NCBI GenBank assembly: GCA_047602405.1
Contig: JASGHJ010000001.1
Span: 1,920,001-1,984,000 of the forward strand
DNA from: Anaeromyxobacteraceae bacterium
GTDB taxonomy: Bacteria > Myxococcota > Myxococcia > Myxococcales > Anaeromyxobacteraceae
Length of the DNA stretch: 64,000 nucleotides
Direction: 5' to 3'
The notes under the pieces were generated by a model. It ran no database searches, had not been told where the DNA came from, and saw nothing but the letters and a program-made list of their open reading frames with translations. The translations under genes and the position numbers were made by a program. Below are positions 53,854 through 63,867 of the stretch, piece by piece; position 1 is the first letter of the stretch; every line of letters begins with the position of its first letter.

Positions 53854-55236
53854 GTGCCGCTCGCTCCCGCGCTCCTCGCCGCCGCGCTCGCGGCCTCTCC
53901 CGCCGCGGCGCCCCCGGCTCCGGCACCCTCGCTCCCTCTTCCCCGGCTCCCCCCCGCCGACGCCCTCCGCGAGATGGACGCGCTCCTCGCGCGCGCCTAC
54001 CCCGACGACGAGCCCGGCGCCGCGGTGATCGTCGTCCGCCGCGGCGAGGTCCTGCTCCGCCGCGCCCGCGGCCTCGCCGACGTCGCCGCGGGCGCGCCGG
54101 TGTCGCCCGGCACGCCCTTCCCGATCGGCTCGATCACGAAGGGCTTCACCGCCCTCGCGCTCGCGCTCCTCGCCCAGGACGGCCGCCTCTCCCTCGACGA
54201 CCGGCTCTCCTCCCGGCTCCCCGGCTGGCGCGCGCCGAACGGCGACCCCACGCTCGCGCAGCTCCTCGCGCACGTTTCCGGCGTCGACTCGACGGCGCCG
54301 GGCCATCCGCTCGCGTTCCCGCCGGGCACCGCCTACCGGTATGGCAACGACGCGTACCTCCTCGCCGCCGAGGTCGTCGCCCGCGCGTCCGGCGAGCCGT
54401 GGGCGACGTTCGTCCAGGAGCGCATCCTCGGGCCGGCGGGGCTCGCCGCGACCGGGCTCGAGGCCCGGCCCGGGCTCGCGAAGGGGTACGTCCGCGGCGA
54501 GCGGGGCTGGGCGCCGGCGGCGCCGATCGACGGCGCGGCCCACGGGGCCGCGGGCGGGCTCGCGTCGACGGTCGACGACCTCGCGCGGCTCGAGGGCGCG
54601 CTCCTCGCGGGCCGCCTCCTGCCGCGGCCGGCCCTCGACCGGCTCCGCGCCACGGTGGCGCTCCCGGACGGGACCCCGCTGCACGCCGGGCTCGGCTGGG
54701 CGCTCGGCGAGCTCCTCGGCGGGCCCACCGCCGAGCACGGCGGCACGGTCGACGGGTTCGCGGCGTACCAGCTCGCGGTCCCCTCCGAGCAGGTCTTCGT
54801 GGCGGTGCTCACGAACCGCGAGGCCGGGGAGCCGCTCCCCGCGGCCGTGGCGGCCGGGCTCGCGATGCTCGCGCTCGGCGTCCGCCCGCCGGCGCCGGTG
54901 GCCGTGCCGGTGCCGCAGGCCACGCTCGACGCCTACGCCGGGACCTACGGCTCGCCGGGCGCGCCCCGGCACGTCCGCCGCGCGGGCGACGGGCTCGAGC
55001 TCGAGCGGCCCGCGCAGGACGGCCGGCCCCCGCTCGTGCGCCGGCTCGTCCCGGTCGGTCCGGACACGTTCGAGTGCCCCGCGCTCCCGCGCGTGCGCCT
55101 CACCTTCGAGCGCGGGCCCGTCCCTGGACCTCGGTCCGGTGCGCGGGCCGACGCCCCGGAGGCACGGGGCGCGATCACGGCGCTGCGCGTGCGCCAGCAG
55201 GCGGGGCCGGACGACGTGCTGCCGCGGGTCCGCTGA
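53854..55236 (+). CDS. serine hydrolase, beta-lactamase/class C-like
   Basis: SITK, YGN and HGG motifs; signal peptide. Confidence 0.88.
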   Translation: MPLAPALLAAALAASPAAAPPAPAPSLPLPRLPPADALREMDALLARAYPDDEPGAAVIVVRRGEVLLRRARGLADVAAGAPVSPGTPFPIGSITKGFTALALALLAQDGRLSLDDRLSSRLPGWRAPNGDPTLAQLLAHVSGVDSTAPGHPLAFPPGTAYRYGNDAYLLAAEVVARASGEPWATFVQERILGPAGLAATGLEARPGLAKGYVRGERGWAPAAPIDGAAHGAAGGLASTVDDLARLEGALLAGRLLPRPALDRLRATVALPDGTPLHAGLGWALGELLGGPTAEHGGTVDGFAAYQLAVPSEQVFVAVLTNREAGEPLPAAVAAGLAMLALGVRPPAPVAVPVPQATLDAYAGTYGSPGAPRHVRRAGDGLELERPAQDGRPPLVRRLVPVGPDTFECPALPRVRLTFERGPVPGPRSGARADAPEARGAITALRVRQQAGPDDVLPRVR

Positions 55237-55270
55237 GCCGCGCGCTCGAAGCGGGCTGGAGCCCCGCGGG

Positions 55271-55610
55271 TCAGCGGTACGACGCGAGGATGGCGTCGAT
55301 GCGCGCGACGAGCTGCCCCTTCGAGAGCACCTCGTCGGCCCCGGCCGCCCGCGCCGCGGCGATCTTCTCCTCCTGCACGTGGCCCGCGAAGGCGATCACC
55401 TTGAGCCCCGCGGCGAGCACGTCCGGGATCGCCTCGAGCGCGCCCGCGTCCCCGAGGTCGAGGAGCGCGACGCCGTGGCCCACCGCCTTCGCGGCCTCGC
55501 CGAGCGGCTTGTCCCTCGGCGCGAGGTCGAGCTTCACGCCGAGGCGCTGGGCGGCGGAGTCGATGCGGGAGCGGAACAGCAGAATCGCGGCAGGCGACGA
55601 GGACGGCCAT
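55271..55610 (-). CDS. small receiver-domain-like protein, +1 frameshift near 55584
   Basis: After removing one T it reads MAVLVACRDLLFRSRI...LLDL...VIAFAGHV...AGADEVL. Confidence 0.7.
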
Positions 55611-55614
55611 CGGC

Positions 55615-55950
55615 TCACTTCACCTCGATGTCGCCGAAGAACATCCGCATCGCGCACGAGTAGCGGAGCTTGCCCGCCTGCTTCGGCGTGAACGTGATGG
55701 TCACCGGCTGGTTGAGCGGCAGGGGGACGTTGAGGTTCTCCTCCGGCATGAAGAACTCGGTCGCGCAGGTCTCGTCGGTGGTGCGGGTGACGACGAGGGT
55801 GAGCGGCTGGCCGGCCTTCGCGAGGACCGTGGTGGGCTCGTAGCCGTTCTTCGTGACGGTGATCTTCACGGGCCCGCCCCCGTCCTGCTTGCAGGCGGGG
55901 AGGGCGACGGCGAGCGCGGCGCAGGCGGCGAGGGCGAGGAGGGAGCGCAT
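55615..55950 (-). CDS. cupredoxin-domain lipoprotein
   Basis: LPAC lipobox; GYEP, TCA and FTP...G...YSCAM.M motifs. Confidence 0.85.
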   Translation of the reverse strand: MRSLLALAACAALAVALPACKQDGGGPVKITVTKNGYEPTTVLAKAGQPLTLVVTRTTDETCATEFFMPEENLNVPLPLNQPVTITFTPKQAGKLRYSCAMRMFFGDIEVK

Positions 55951-55959
55951 GGCGCCGTT

Positions 55960-56868
55960 CTACACCCAGGCCCGCGGCGCGCGCAGCACCTCGAGGAGCG
56001 CGGCCTCGCGGCTCCCCGCCGCGGGTACGTGCCCGTACACGAACTGCACCCGCGGCGGCAGCGACATCAGGATCGACTCGGTCCGCCCGCCGGTCTGCAG
56101 GCCGAAGACGGTGCCGCGGTCGTGCACGAGGTTGAACTCGACGTAGCGCCCGCGCCGGATCTCCTGCCAGGTGCGCTCCGCCTCCCCGTACGGCAGCGCG
56201 CGACGGCGCTCGAAGATCGGCAGGAGCGCCGGGAGGAACGCCCGGGCGGTCTCGCGGCAGAGCGCGAGCCCCTGCTCGAGCCCACCGGCGGGGTCCTCGA
56301 AGAACACGCCGCCCACGCCCCGGTGCTCGCCGCGGTGCGGGAGGAAGAAATACCGGTCGGCGTGCGCCTTGTGCTCGGGGTAGGAGCCCGGCGCGGCGCG
56401 CTCGCACGCGTCGCGCAGCGTGCGGTGGAAGTGCGCCGCGTCCTCGTCGAAGAGGTAGTACGGCGTGAGGTCCGCCCCGCCGCCGAACCACGCCGCCGCC
56501 CCGCGCCGGAGGAACCGCACGTTCATGTGCGCGGTGGGGACCATCGGCGAGCGCGGGTGGAGCACGATCGACAGCCCGGTCGCGACGAAGTCGGGCCCGT
56601 CGCCCGGCAGCCGCGCGGCGAGCTCCTTCGAGAGCGGGCCGTGCACGAGCGAGACGTTCACGCCCGCCTTCTCGAGGAGCGCGCCGCCGGCGAGCACGCG
56701 CGAGCGCCCGCCGCCGCCGCCCGGCCGATCCCAGGCGTCCTCCAGGAAGCGGGCCCCGCCGTCGGCGGCCTCGAGGCCGCGGCAGATCTCGTCCTGCAGC
56801 TCGCGCACGAAGGCGGCCATCTCGCCGGCGAGCCGGTCGAGGACCTCGGGCGCCGCGGTGCCGGGCAC
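55960..56868 (-). CDS. hemF: oxygen-dependent coproporphyrinogen III oxidase
   Basis: EKAGVN.S.V.G, WFGGG.DLTP, RRGRYVEFNL.DRGT.FGL and ESILMSLP motifs. Confidence 0.96.
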   Translation of the reverse strand: MPGTAAPEVLDRLAGEMAAFVRELQDEICRGLEAADGGARFLEDAWDRPGGGGGRSRVLAGGALLEKAGVNVSLVHGPLSKELAARLPGDGPDFVATGLSIVLHPRSPMVPTAHMNVRFLRRGAAAWFGGGADLTPYYLFDEDAAHFHRTLRDACERAAPGSYPEHKAHADRYFFLPHRGEHRGVGGVFFEDPAGGLEQGLALCRETARAFLPALLPIFERRRALPYGEAERTWQEIRRGRYVEFNLVHDRGTVFGLQTGGRTESILMSLPPRVQFVYGHVPAAGSREAALLEVLRAPRAWV

Positions 56869-56872
56869 GGCC

Positions 56873-57349
56873 CTAGGACTCCTTGCGCAGCTGCTGCGCG
56901 AGGTAGTTCTGGATGCCGACCTGCTTCACGGCCTCCTGCTGCGCCTCGATCCAGTCGGCGTGCTCCTCCTCGCCCTCGAGGATGTCCTCGAGGAGCTCGG
57001 CCGAGCCGTTGTCGCCGACGTTGCGCGCGAACGCGATGCCGCGGTTGAGCACCGCGATCGCGTTCGCCTCGGTGTCGTGGTCGATCTGCAGCATCTCCTC
57101 GACGCTCTCGCCCACGTTCACCTTGCCGAGCCGTTGCAGGTTCGGGAGGCCGTCGAGGTAGAGGATCCGCTCGATGAGCGCGTCCGCGTCCTTCATCTCG
57201 TCGATCGACTCGTCGCGGAACTTGTGGTGCAGCCGCTCGTAGCCCCAGTTCGCGCAGATCTTCGCGTGCAGGAAGTACTGGTTGATGGCGGTGAGCTCGT
57301 TCGTGAGGACCTCGTTCAACAGGTCGATGATCTTGGGGTCGCCCTTCAT
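56873..57349 (-). CDS. bfr: bacterioferritin
   Basis: [27 protein letters not shown] and EEEH.DW motifs. Confidence 0.97.
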   Translation of the reverse strand: MKGDPKIIDLLNEVLTNELTAINQYFLHAKICANWGYERLHHKFRDESIDEMKDADALIERILYLDGLPNLQRLGKVNVGESVEEMLQIDHDTEANAIAVLNRGIAFARNVGDNGSAELLEDILEGEEEHADWIEAQQEAVKQVGIQNYLAQQLRKES

Positions 57350-57463
57350 GGAGCTCTCCTCGGGTGGTGGGGACGGTGCCAGCGACGGACGAGGGTCCGG
57401 AGATACGCGGCCCCGGCGAGGGGCGCGTGTCCCGCTCGGGGCGGGGACGACCGGTTCGTGGCG

Positions 57464-57685
57464 TCAGGCCGCGGTGCGCGGCGCGCCGGCCGCGGGCACG
57501 TTCGCCGCGGCGCGCTCGGCCGCGACGGTGGCCTCGGCGGCGTGGATGCGGGCGACGGCGAGCAGGCACTGACCGCAGGACGAGCCGGCCTTCGTGAGCG
57601 CGAGGATCTGCTCCAGCGAGCGGCCTGCCCGGGCGTGCTCGCGGATGGTGCGGTCGCTCACGTCGTTGCAGATGCAGACCTTCAC
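57464..57685 (-). CDS. bfd: bacterioferritin-associated ferredoxin ([2Fe-2S])
   Basis: VCIC..VSD..I...G..CGQC motif; adjacent to bfr. Confidence 0.88.
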   Translation of the reverse strand: MKVCICNDVSDRTIREHARAGRSLEQILALTKAGSSCGQCLLAVARIHAAEATVAAERAAANVPAAGAPRTAA

Positions 57686-57915
57686 GCGCGCCCCCACTTC
57701 TGCCGTGCGGGGGCGGGGTCGCGCTGGCAGTCGGCGCAGCAGCCCGACAGCTCGACACGGCCGCGGAGCGTCTCCCAGCCGAGCGTGCGGATGAGCTCGG
57801 CGCGGGCAAGGTCGAGCACGCTCCGGTCGAGGGCGATGGAGGAGCCGCACCGGGTGCAGGTGAGTGCACCGAGAAGGCCGCTGGGGCGACCCTGGGCGAT
57901 GCGACCTCCGTTCAT
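57682..57915 (-). CDS. small protein resembling the Fur C-terminal (Zn/dimerisation) domain
   Basis: LTCTRCG...VELSGCCADC; RBS; GTGA overlap with bfd. Confidence 0.6.
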   Translation of the reverse strand: MNGGRIAQGRPSGLLGALTCTRCGSSIALDRSVLDLARAELIRTLGWETLRGRVELSGCCADCQRDPAPARQKWGRA

Positions 57916-57963
57916 CACGCCTTCTCCCTTGGCGAGGGGGATGACCTTGCCCGCGCCGTCTCA

Positions 57964-57999
57964 TGAGAACGAGTATCACAAGGCGCGGCGCGATGTAAA
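57964..57999 (-). promoter_or_regulatory. sigma70-like promoter overlapped by a Fur-like box
   Basis: Minus strand TTTACA-16 nt-GATACT; TGATACT-C-GTTCTCA matches TGATAAT-N-ATTATCA at 11/14. Confidence 0.65.
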
Positions 58000-58105
58000 C
58001 CCGGTAGGGGTCCATCGAGGGTCGTAAGTAGTCGATCCCGGCTTTGCAAAACGCGCGTTCTGGCGCGACCGAGAGTCGTTTCCCGGTCTTCTCCGCAGGT
58101 TCCGT

Positions 58106-58146
58106 GGGACCCCGTTGTTGCGACTGGACTACAACAAAGGGGTCCC
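58106..58146. terminator. stable hairpin downstream of the 58180 gene
   Basis: GGGACCCC-g-TTGTTG...CAACAA-a-GGGGTCCC. Confidence 0.5.
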
Positions 58147-58179
58147 CGCCCGGGCCGCTGCACCCTCTCGGGACGCGCG

Positions 58180-58584
58180 TCAGCGGTGCTGCTTCGCCTC
58201 GAGCTTGAGCAGGACCGGCGTCGAGTCGTCGAAGTCGAACGTGGCGCGGACCTCGTCGCCCTCCCGCAGGTCGGTCAGCCGGGCGGGCCGATCGTCGAGC
58301 ATGATCTGCGTGCCGTCGGCGACGTGGAGCCGCGCGGGCGGACCGTCGTTGCGCATGACCGTGATGCTGCGGTCGATCCCGAGGAGACCCTTGCCCACGA
58401 CGCCGAGGCGGCCCTCGACCTCGAACGGGTTCCGCGTCTGGGACGCGGCGCCCGTGGACGGCCTCCGGTCGTCGCGCCGGTCGTCCCGGCGGGCGGATGG
58501 CGCGTTCCGATCGTTGCGGTCCTGGAGCGGCGTGGAGCAGGCGGCGAGGCAGGCGACGGCGGCGGCGGCGAGCAGGCGGTTCAT
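58180..58584 (-). CDS. lipoprotein of unknown function
   Basis: LAAC lipobox; T.I..D.....L.DL..GD.V pattern. Confidence 0.75.
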   Translation of the reverse strand: MNRLLAAAAVACLAACSTPLQDRNDRNAPSARRDDRRDDRRPSTGAASQTRNPFEVEGRLGVVGKGLLGIDRSITVMRNDGPPARLHVADGTQIMLDDRPARLTDLREGDEVRATFDFDDSTPVLLKLEAKQHR

Positions 58585-58684
58585 GGGTCTATCGTTCCCT
58601 CCGCCTGGAAGGATGCGAACGGGCGGGCGCGAGGGGGAGCCACGCCCGCCGCGGGGCGAGGCCGGCGCCGCCCCGGCCCGCTCG

Positions 58685-59353
58685 TCACCTCGGGTGAATC
58701 CGGAGGGCCCGGTACCGCACCGAGCGGGCGAACGCCGGCACGCCGGTGGGCCGGTCCCGCCAGGCGTTCACGGCGATCGCGAGCCGCAGCGGGGTCGCGG
58801 GCCGGAGCGGGCCGTGCGGCACCGCGCCGTCCGCGTCGAGCACGCCGTGCGTCGCGTCGCCCGGGAACAGCGCGAGCCGGTTCGGCCACGGCCGCACGAG
58901 GTCGAGCGTGGAGAGGTCGGACGGGGCGCGCGCGGGGTTCCGCTCGTCGGGCGGCTCGGGCGACACGGCGAGGAGGCCGCCCCGGCACCGGTTCAGGAAG
59001 ATCACCGAGGAGGCCGCGGGGTGCACGAGCGGGCCGCCGCGCCGGAGCAGCACCTCGTCGCAGTCGGCGTGGAAGTCGACGGCCACGTCGCTCGTGCGCA
59101 TGCGCGAGAGCCACCACTCGAAGCCGGCGACATCCGGCGGGTAGTGCGGGCGGAGCGCCACGATTGCCTCCTCCACGAGCGAGGCGGGCGCGACCCCGGC
59201 CGCGAACCAGAACGTGGTCTGGTAGCCGCGCCGCAGGTTCTCGGTGCCGAGCGCGACGACCGCGCGCCGCAGCCGGGCGAACCGCGCCGGCGGCAGGGCG
59301 CGATCGACGACGCGGACGAGCGGGCGGGGGCGACCGCCGGTGCGAGGGCTCAC
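58685..59353 (-). CDS. putative 2OG-Fe(II) oxygenase-like protein
   Basis: HxD (FHADCDE), NRL.LF.G..THGV and RL...VN.W motifs. Confidence 0.7.
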   Translation of the reverse strand: MSPRTGGRPRPLVRVVDRALPPARFARLRRAVVALGTENLRRGYQTTFWFAAGVAPASLVEEAIVALRPHYPPDVAGFEWWLSRMRTSDVAVDFHADCDEVLLRRGGPLVHPAASSVIFLNRCRGGLLAVSPEPPDERNPARAPSDLSTLDLVRPWPNRLALFPGDATHGVLDADGAVPHGPLRPATPLRLAIAVNAWRDRPTGVPAFARSVRYRALRIHPR

Positions 59354-59362
59354 GAGAGCCTT

Positions 59363-60784
59363 CTACCGGATCCGGGGCTGCTTCGCGTCGAGCTCGCCCG
59401 CGCCCGGGCCGTCCCCGGCGGGGGCGGGAGCGGCGGGGCCCGCGAGCGCCGCGAGCTCGCGCAGGGTGAGGTCGTTCGGCGAGGCGCGCCGCTCGCCCTC
59501 GAGCGCGGCCGCGAGCGCGCGCAGCCCGGGCGGCAGCCGGCGCTCGAAGCTCGCCCGCGCGCCCGCGGCGCCCGGATCGCGGCGCAGCGCGTCCGCGACG
59601 TCGCTCACCCGCAGCGTGCCCGGGTCCCGGCCGGGCACCCAGGCGAGGTCCACCCCCGACACGGTGCGCGCCAGCACCCCCGCCCGGACGAGCGCCTCGA
59701 GCACGTCCTCCGCCACCGCGGGCGACACCTCGGCGTCGGCGGCGAGCGCCGCGGCGCCGCGGCGGGGCGCGCCGGCGAGGAAGTCGGCGGTCACGCGTGC
59801 CACGAGCACGAGCGCGAGGGTCTCCCGGAGCGCGGGGTCCGGCGGGTGTCCTCGCAGGCGCTGCCGCTCCGCGGGTTCGTGCTGGTGGCTCGCGGCGACC
59901 TCCGCCCCCACGAGCACGATGAGCCAGGAGACGTACGTCCAGACGAGGAAGATCGGGATCGCGCCGAGCACCGAGTAGAGCGCGTTGTAGTTCGCGACGC
60001 CGACCTGGAGCTTCACCTGTGTCACGAGCGCGCCCTGCCAGCCGAGCGCGGCGAGCGCCCCGCCGAGGAGCGCGGAGCGCGCCTGCACCCGCACGTTCGG
60101 GAGGATGAGGTACATCGCGAAGAGCCCCGCGCCGACCGCGAGCACCGGCGAGAGGTCGAGCACGAGGTCGATGAGCGCGCCCAGCCCGAGCCGGTCGCGG
60201 AGGAACTCGACTGCCGCGGAGCTCTGGGCGGCGGCCGAGACGGTCGCCGCCGCGAACACGAGGAGCGGCGTCGTGACGAGCAGGGTGACGTAGTCGGTCA
60301 CCTGCCGGAGCAGCGGCCGGGTGGCGCGCGCGCCGAAGATGCGGTTGAGCGCGTCCTCGACCGAGGACACGAGCGAGATGGCCGCGTAGACGAGCAGCAC
60401 GAGCCCGACCGCCCCGAGGCGCGAGGCGTCGGTGCGGTCGACGAAGCCGAGGATGCGGTCGACCGCCTCGTGCAGGGCGGGGTTGGGCGAGAACGTGCCG
60501 AGCAGCCAGGGGCGCAGGGTCTGCGCGGCAAAGGTCTGGTAGGCGCCGAAGCCCTTCAGCACGCTGAACGTGAAGGCGAGCAGGGGCACGAGCGACAGGA
60601 CGCTGTAGTAGGTGAGCGCGGCCGCCCGGACCGTCAGGTCGTGCGAGAGGAAGCCGCGCACCGCCGCGTGGCCGATCCGGAGCGCGCGGAAGGCCGCCGC
60701 CTTCGCCGCCGGGAGCTCGCCGGGGCGGACCTCCCAGATGCGGATCGCGAGGAGCTGGCGCGCGTGCTGGAGGGCTCCGGCCAC
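59363..60784 (-). CDS. YihY/virulence factor BrkB family membrane protein with C-terminal HTH-like region
   Basis: AAALTYYSVLSLVP, LNRIF and PIFLVW.Y.SW.I.L.GAE motifs; start uncertain. Confidence 0.9.
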   Translation of the reverse strand: MAGALQHARQLLAIRIWEVRPGELPAAKAAAFRALRIGHAAVRGFLSHDLTVRAAALTYYSVLSLVPLLAFTFSVLKGFGAYQTFAAQTLRPWLLGTFSPNPALHEAVDRILGFVDRTDASRLGAVGLVLLVYAAISLVSSVEDALNRIFGARATRPLLRQVTDYVTLLVTTPLLVFAAATVSAAAQSSAAVEFLRDRLGLGALIDLVLDLSPVLAVGAGLFAMYLILPNVRVQARSALLGGALAALGWQGALVTQVKLQVGVANYNALYSVLGAIPIFLVWTYVSWLIVLVGAEVAASHQHEPAERQRLRGHPPDPALRETLALVLVARVTADFLAGAPRRGAAALAADAEVSPAVAEDVLEALVRAGVLARTVSGVDLAWVPGRDPGTLRVSDVADALRRDPGAAGARASFERRLPPGLRALAAALEGERRASPNDLTLRELAALAGPAAPAPAGDGPGAGELDAKQPRIR

Positions 60785-60951
60785 CCGCACAGCCTGCGCA
60801 CGCCGCCGCCGGCCGACAGCCGCCCACAGCGGGAGCACCTGCCTACACCCGCAGCGAACCCCCCCCCGGCGCGGAATGCATCGCGGTGCGGGCGCGGTTG
60901 GGAGGGGCGCAACGCGACCTTCACTTGTAGTCATCGCACCCGCGCGCACCC

Positions 60952-62643
60952 ATGCCCACCTCGCTCGTCCTCGCCCTCGCCCTCGCCGCCTCGCTCCGGT
61001 CCCCCGCCGATCGCGTCGCGATCGCCGAGGGGCTCCGGGACGCGATCCGCGCGCGGTACGTGTTCCTGTCCGTGAAGCCGCCCGTGGACCTCGACGGCTG
61101 CGTCGCCGCCGAGGCGGCGATCAAGGACGAGGAGGACCCGCTCCGCTTCTACGACCGGATGCGTCGCTGCACCGCCGCATTCCAGGACGGCCACCTCATC
61201 CTCTCCGTGCCGGACCGGCTGCCCCCGGTGGCCCTCGGCGTCGCGTTCCGCCGGACCGGGGACGGCGCGGTGCGCCTCGCGGGCCGCTCGCCGGGCCTCG
61301 TGCGCTGGCTCGAGGCGGAGGGCAGCGTGCCGGACGCGGACGCCGTGCTCGCGGCCGGCGCCGAGGTGGTGCGGATCGACGGCCGCCCGGCCGCCGAGGC
61401 CCTCGAGGCGCTCGTGCCCTACGTGCAGGGCTCGAGCCCCGGCGCCCGCCTCGAGCGCGCCGCCGACGCGCTCGGCCGCCGCGACTTCGCGTACCCGGGC
61501 GCGCGCGCGGCGACGCTCGTCGTCGCCCACCAGGGCGGGCTGCGCACGGTGACGCTGCCGTGGTGGATTGCGCCGGGCGCCCGCGAGCACGCGGTCGCGG
61601 GCGCGTACGCGCGGCGGATGGAGCTCCGCACCGCGGACTTCCTCGACTGGAGCGGCACCCCGGCGTGGGCGAACGCCGACCCCGGCCTGGGCGCCGCGCG
61701 CGGCGAGCCCGCCGTCCCGCCCGCGGACGCCGCCGTGCTGCGCCCGTTCCGGACCGCCTCGGGGCGCGTCGCGGCCCGGCTCGGCGAGGCGACGTCGGCG
61801 GACGGCCGCCGGTACTGTTACGCGCAGATCCTCACCTTCCACACCGAGACGCTCGACGGCGGCGCGGGTCCCCGGCCGCTCCCGGAGGTGCTGCGCGACC
61901 ACCTCGCGGGCTGCGCCGCCCGCGGCGAGGACCTCGTGCTCGATTCGAGGCAGAACGAGGGTGGCTACCTCTCCCACGCGACCGCGGTCGCGCGCCTCCT
62001 CCTCCCCGCAGGTCGCCCGCTGCCGGCCGCCGCGCTCGTCGTGCGCGCCACCGAGCGGAACGAGGCGGTCTACAAGGTCCGCGCGCCGGCGCCGGCGCTC
62101 GGGACCGTGCGCGCGCTCGTGACCGGCGGCCGCACCGAGGCCGAGGAGGTGCTCGACGCGGTCCGCGACGCCCGCGCCTCGGGCGCGGAGTTCACGCCCG
62201 CGTTCCTCGAGCGCACCGCGGGCGAGGGCGTCTTCGCCGGGCGCGTCGTCGCGCTCGCGTCACCCGCCTGCATGAGCGCGTGCGACCGGCTCCTCGCGAC
62301 GCTGAAGGCCGCGGGGCGCGCGACGATCGTGGGCGGTCCGACCGAGGGCGCCGGCGGAAGCCAGCAGGAGGCCGGCGACCTCTCGGCCCGCTGGACCGAT
62401 CCGTCGAGCCGGCTCACGCTGTCGATCCCGAACGCCGCGATGGGCGTCGCGCCCGCCGGCGCGGGCCGCACCGAGGGCGCCGACCGGTTCTTCCGGACGA
62501 GCGCGCTCGAGAACCGGCCCGTCGAACCCGACGTGCCGTACGCGACGGGCGAGGAGGACCTCGCCCGCGCGAACCAGGGCTGGCGCGCGGCGGCCGAGGC
62601 GGCGCTTGCGCCACCGCGGCTCGCTCGCGCACCGCAGGGCTAG
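60952..62643 (+). CDS. S41-family peptidase
   Basis: DGH, PDZ-like IDG, LD.R.N.GG, SACD and G.PT.GAG motifs. Confidence 0.82.
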   Translation: MPTSLVLALALAASLRSPADRVAIAEGLRDAIRARYVFLSVKPPVDLDGCVAAEAAIKDEEDPLRFYDRMRRCTAAFQDGHLILSVPDRLPPVALGVAFRRTGDGAVRLAGRSPGLVRWLEAEGSVPDADAVLAAGAEVVRIDGRPAAEALEALVPYVQGSSPGARLERAADALGRRDFAYPGARAATLVVAHQGGLRTVTLPWWIAPGAREHAVAGAYARRMELRTADFLDWSGTPAWANADPGLGAARGEPAVPPADAAVLRPFRTASGRVAARLGEATSADGRRYCYAQILTFHTETLDGGAGPRPLPEVLRDHLAGCAARGEDLVLDSRQNEGGYLSHATAVARLLLPAGRPLPAAALVVRATERNEAVYKVRAPAPALGTVRALVTGGRTEAEEVLDAVRDARASGAEFTPAFLERTAGEGVFAGRVVALASPACMSACDRLLATLKAAGRATIVGGPTEGAGGSQQEAGDLSARWTDPSSRLTLSIPNAAMGVAPAGAGRTEGADRFFRTSALENRPVEPDVPYATGEEDLARANQGWRAAAEAALAPPRLARAPQG

Positions 62644-62924
62644 CGGCCGGAGCCGCTCGAGCTGCTGGAGCCGCTCGAGCTGCCGGACCGCCCGGTCGTG
62701 CCGCTGGAGCCGGAGCCGGTCGAGCTGCCCGACCCGGTGCCCGAGTCCGATCCGCGCGTGCCGCCCGAGTCGGAGCCCGAGCCCTGCGAGCCGCGCGAGC
62801 CCTCCGAGGACGAGCCCGAGCCCGTCCCGCCGGAGCCCGACCCGCTGCCGCCGCGCGGGCAACCCGCCGCGCCGGCGAGCAAGAGCGCGCCCGCGATCGC
62901 CATCCAAGTCTTCCCGTTCTTCAT
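62640..62924 (-). CDS. small Gly/Ser-rich lipoprotein
   Basis: AAGC lipobox then a G/S low-complexity tail; GGGAGGGG RBS. Confidence 0.65.
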   Translation of the reverse strand: MKNGKTWMAIAGALLLAGAAGCPRGGSGSGSGGTGSGSSSEGSRGSQGSGSDSGGTRGSDSGTGSGSSTGSGSSGTTGRSGSSSGSSSSSGSGR

Positions 62925-62984
62925 GTCCGTCCCCTCCCGAGGTCGAACCCAGAAGATGAAGGTCGTGTCGCAGGAGGGAAGGGG

Positions 62985-63827
62985 TCACTCCGCGGCGAGC
63001 GCCGCGAAGGCGAGCGAGTAGGCCCGGACCCGGCCGACGTACGCGGCGAGGTCCTGCCCGCCGCACCGCTCGCCGGGCGATGGCCGGAAGCCCCGGTGGG
63101 CGAACGCCGTGGCCCGCTCCGGTCCGCAGAGGTGCGCCGTGGCGACCAGCGCGTCGCGCTCCGTGGGCGCCGGCCGGCGCACGCCCGGCCTCGCGAGGAT
63201 CGCCTGCGCGGTCACCGTGAGGTACGCGGAGGTCATCTCGATCGCGTGCGACGGCACGGTCCGGACGTAGAGGCCGTTCAGGAAGCAGCTCGACGGGTCC
63301 CACCACGGGCCCGTGCGCGCGACCGCGTGGTCGTGGATGCACAGCTCGCGCGCGAGCGCGTAGTTGCCGTCGGTCATCTGGAGGATGCCCACCGCCGAGG
63401 AGGGCGGCGCGTAGACGCCCCGGGGATCGACCGTCAGCCTGAACCGCCAGTCGGGCAGCGCCACCGGGTCGCCCGAGCTCTCGGCCTGCACGAGCGCGGC
63501 GAGGAGCTCGGGCCGCACGAGCGCGGTCGAGTGCTCCTCGAAGAGGTCGCCGTACGTGCGCCAGGTCTCGGCGGGCGGCTTCGGGGAGGCCGGGGTGACG
63601 AGGCCGACGAGCTCGGACGGCTTGCGGTACACCTGGTACAGCGCGTTCGCGAGCACGAGCAGCAGGAGCGCGAGCGCGGTCCACGCCGGGGCGGGCAGCC
63701 GCCGGGCGCGGGTGACGACGAGGTCGAGCCGCGTGCGCCAGCCCGGGCGGCGCCGGCCGCGGCCCGTCCTCGACCGCGGCGATGCGGTGGGCCTCCTCGC
63801 GGGCCGCCGGGCGGGTCTCCTCGCCAC
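62985..63827 (-). CDS. lytic transglycosylase SLT-domain protein
   Basis: TM segment; AESSG (catalytic Glu) and GILQM motifs. Confidence 0.8.
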   Translation of the reverse strand: MARRPARRPARRPTASPRSRTGRGRRRPGWRTRLDLVVTRARRLPAPAWTALALLLLVLANALYQVYRKPSELVGLVTPASPKPPAETWRTYGDLFEEHSTALVRPELLAALVQAESSGDPVALPDWRFRLTVDPRGVYAPPSSAVGILQMTDGNYALARELCIHDHAVARTGPWWDPSSCFLNGLYVRTVPSHAIEMTSAYLTVTAQAILARPGVRRPAPTERDALVATAHLCGPERATAFAHRGFRPSPGERCGGQDLAAYVGRVRAYSLAFAALAAE

Positions 63828-63867
63828 CCCGGGATCGTACCGCGGATCCGTGTTATCTCCCGGGCCG

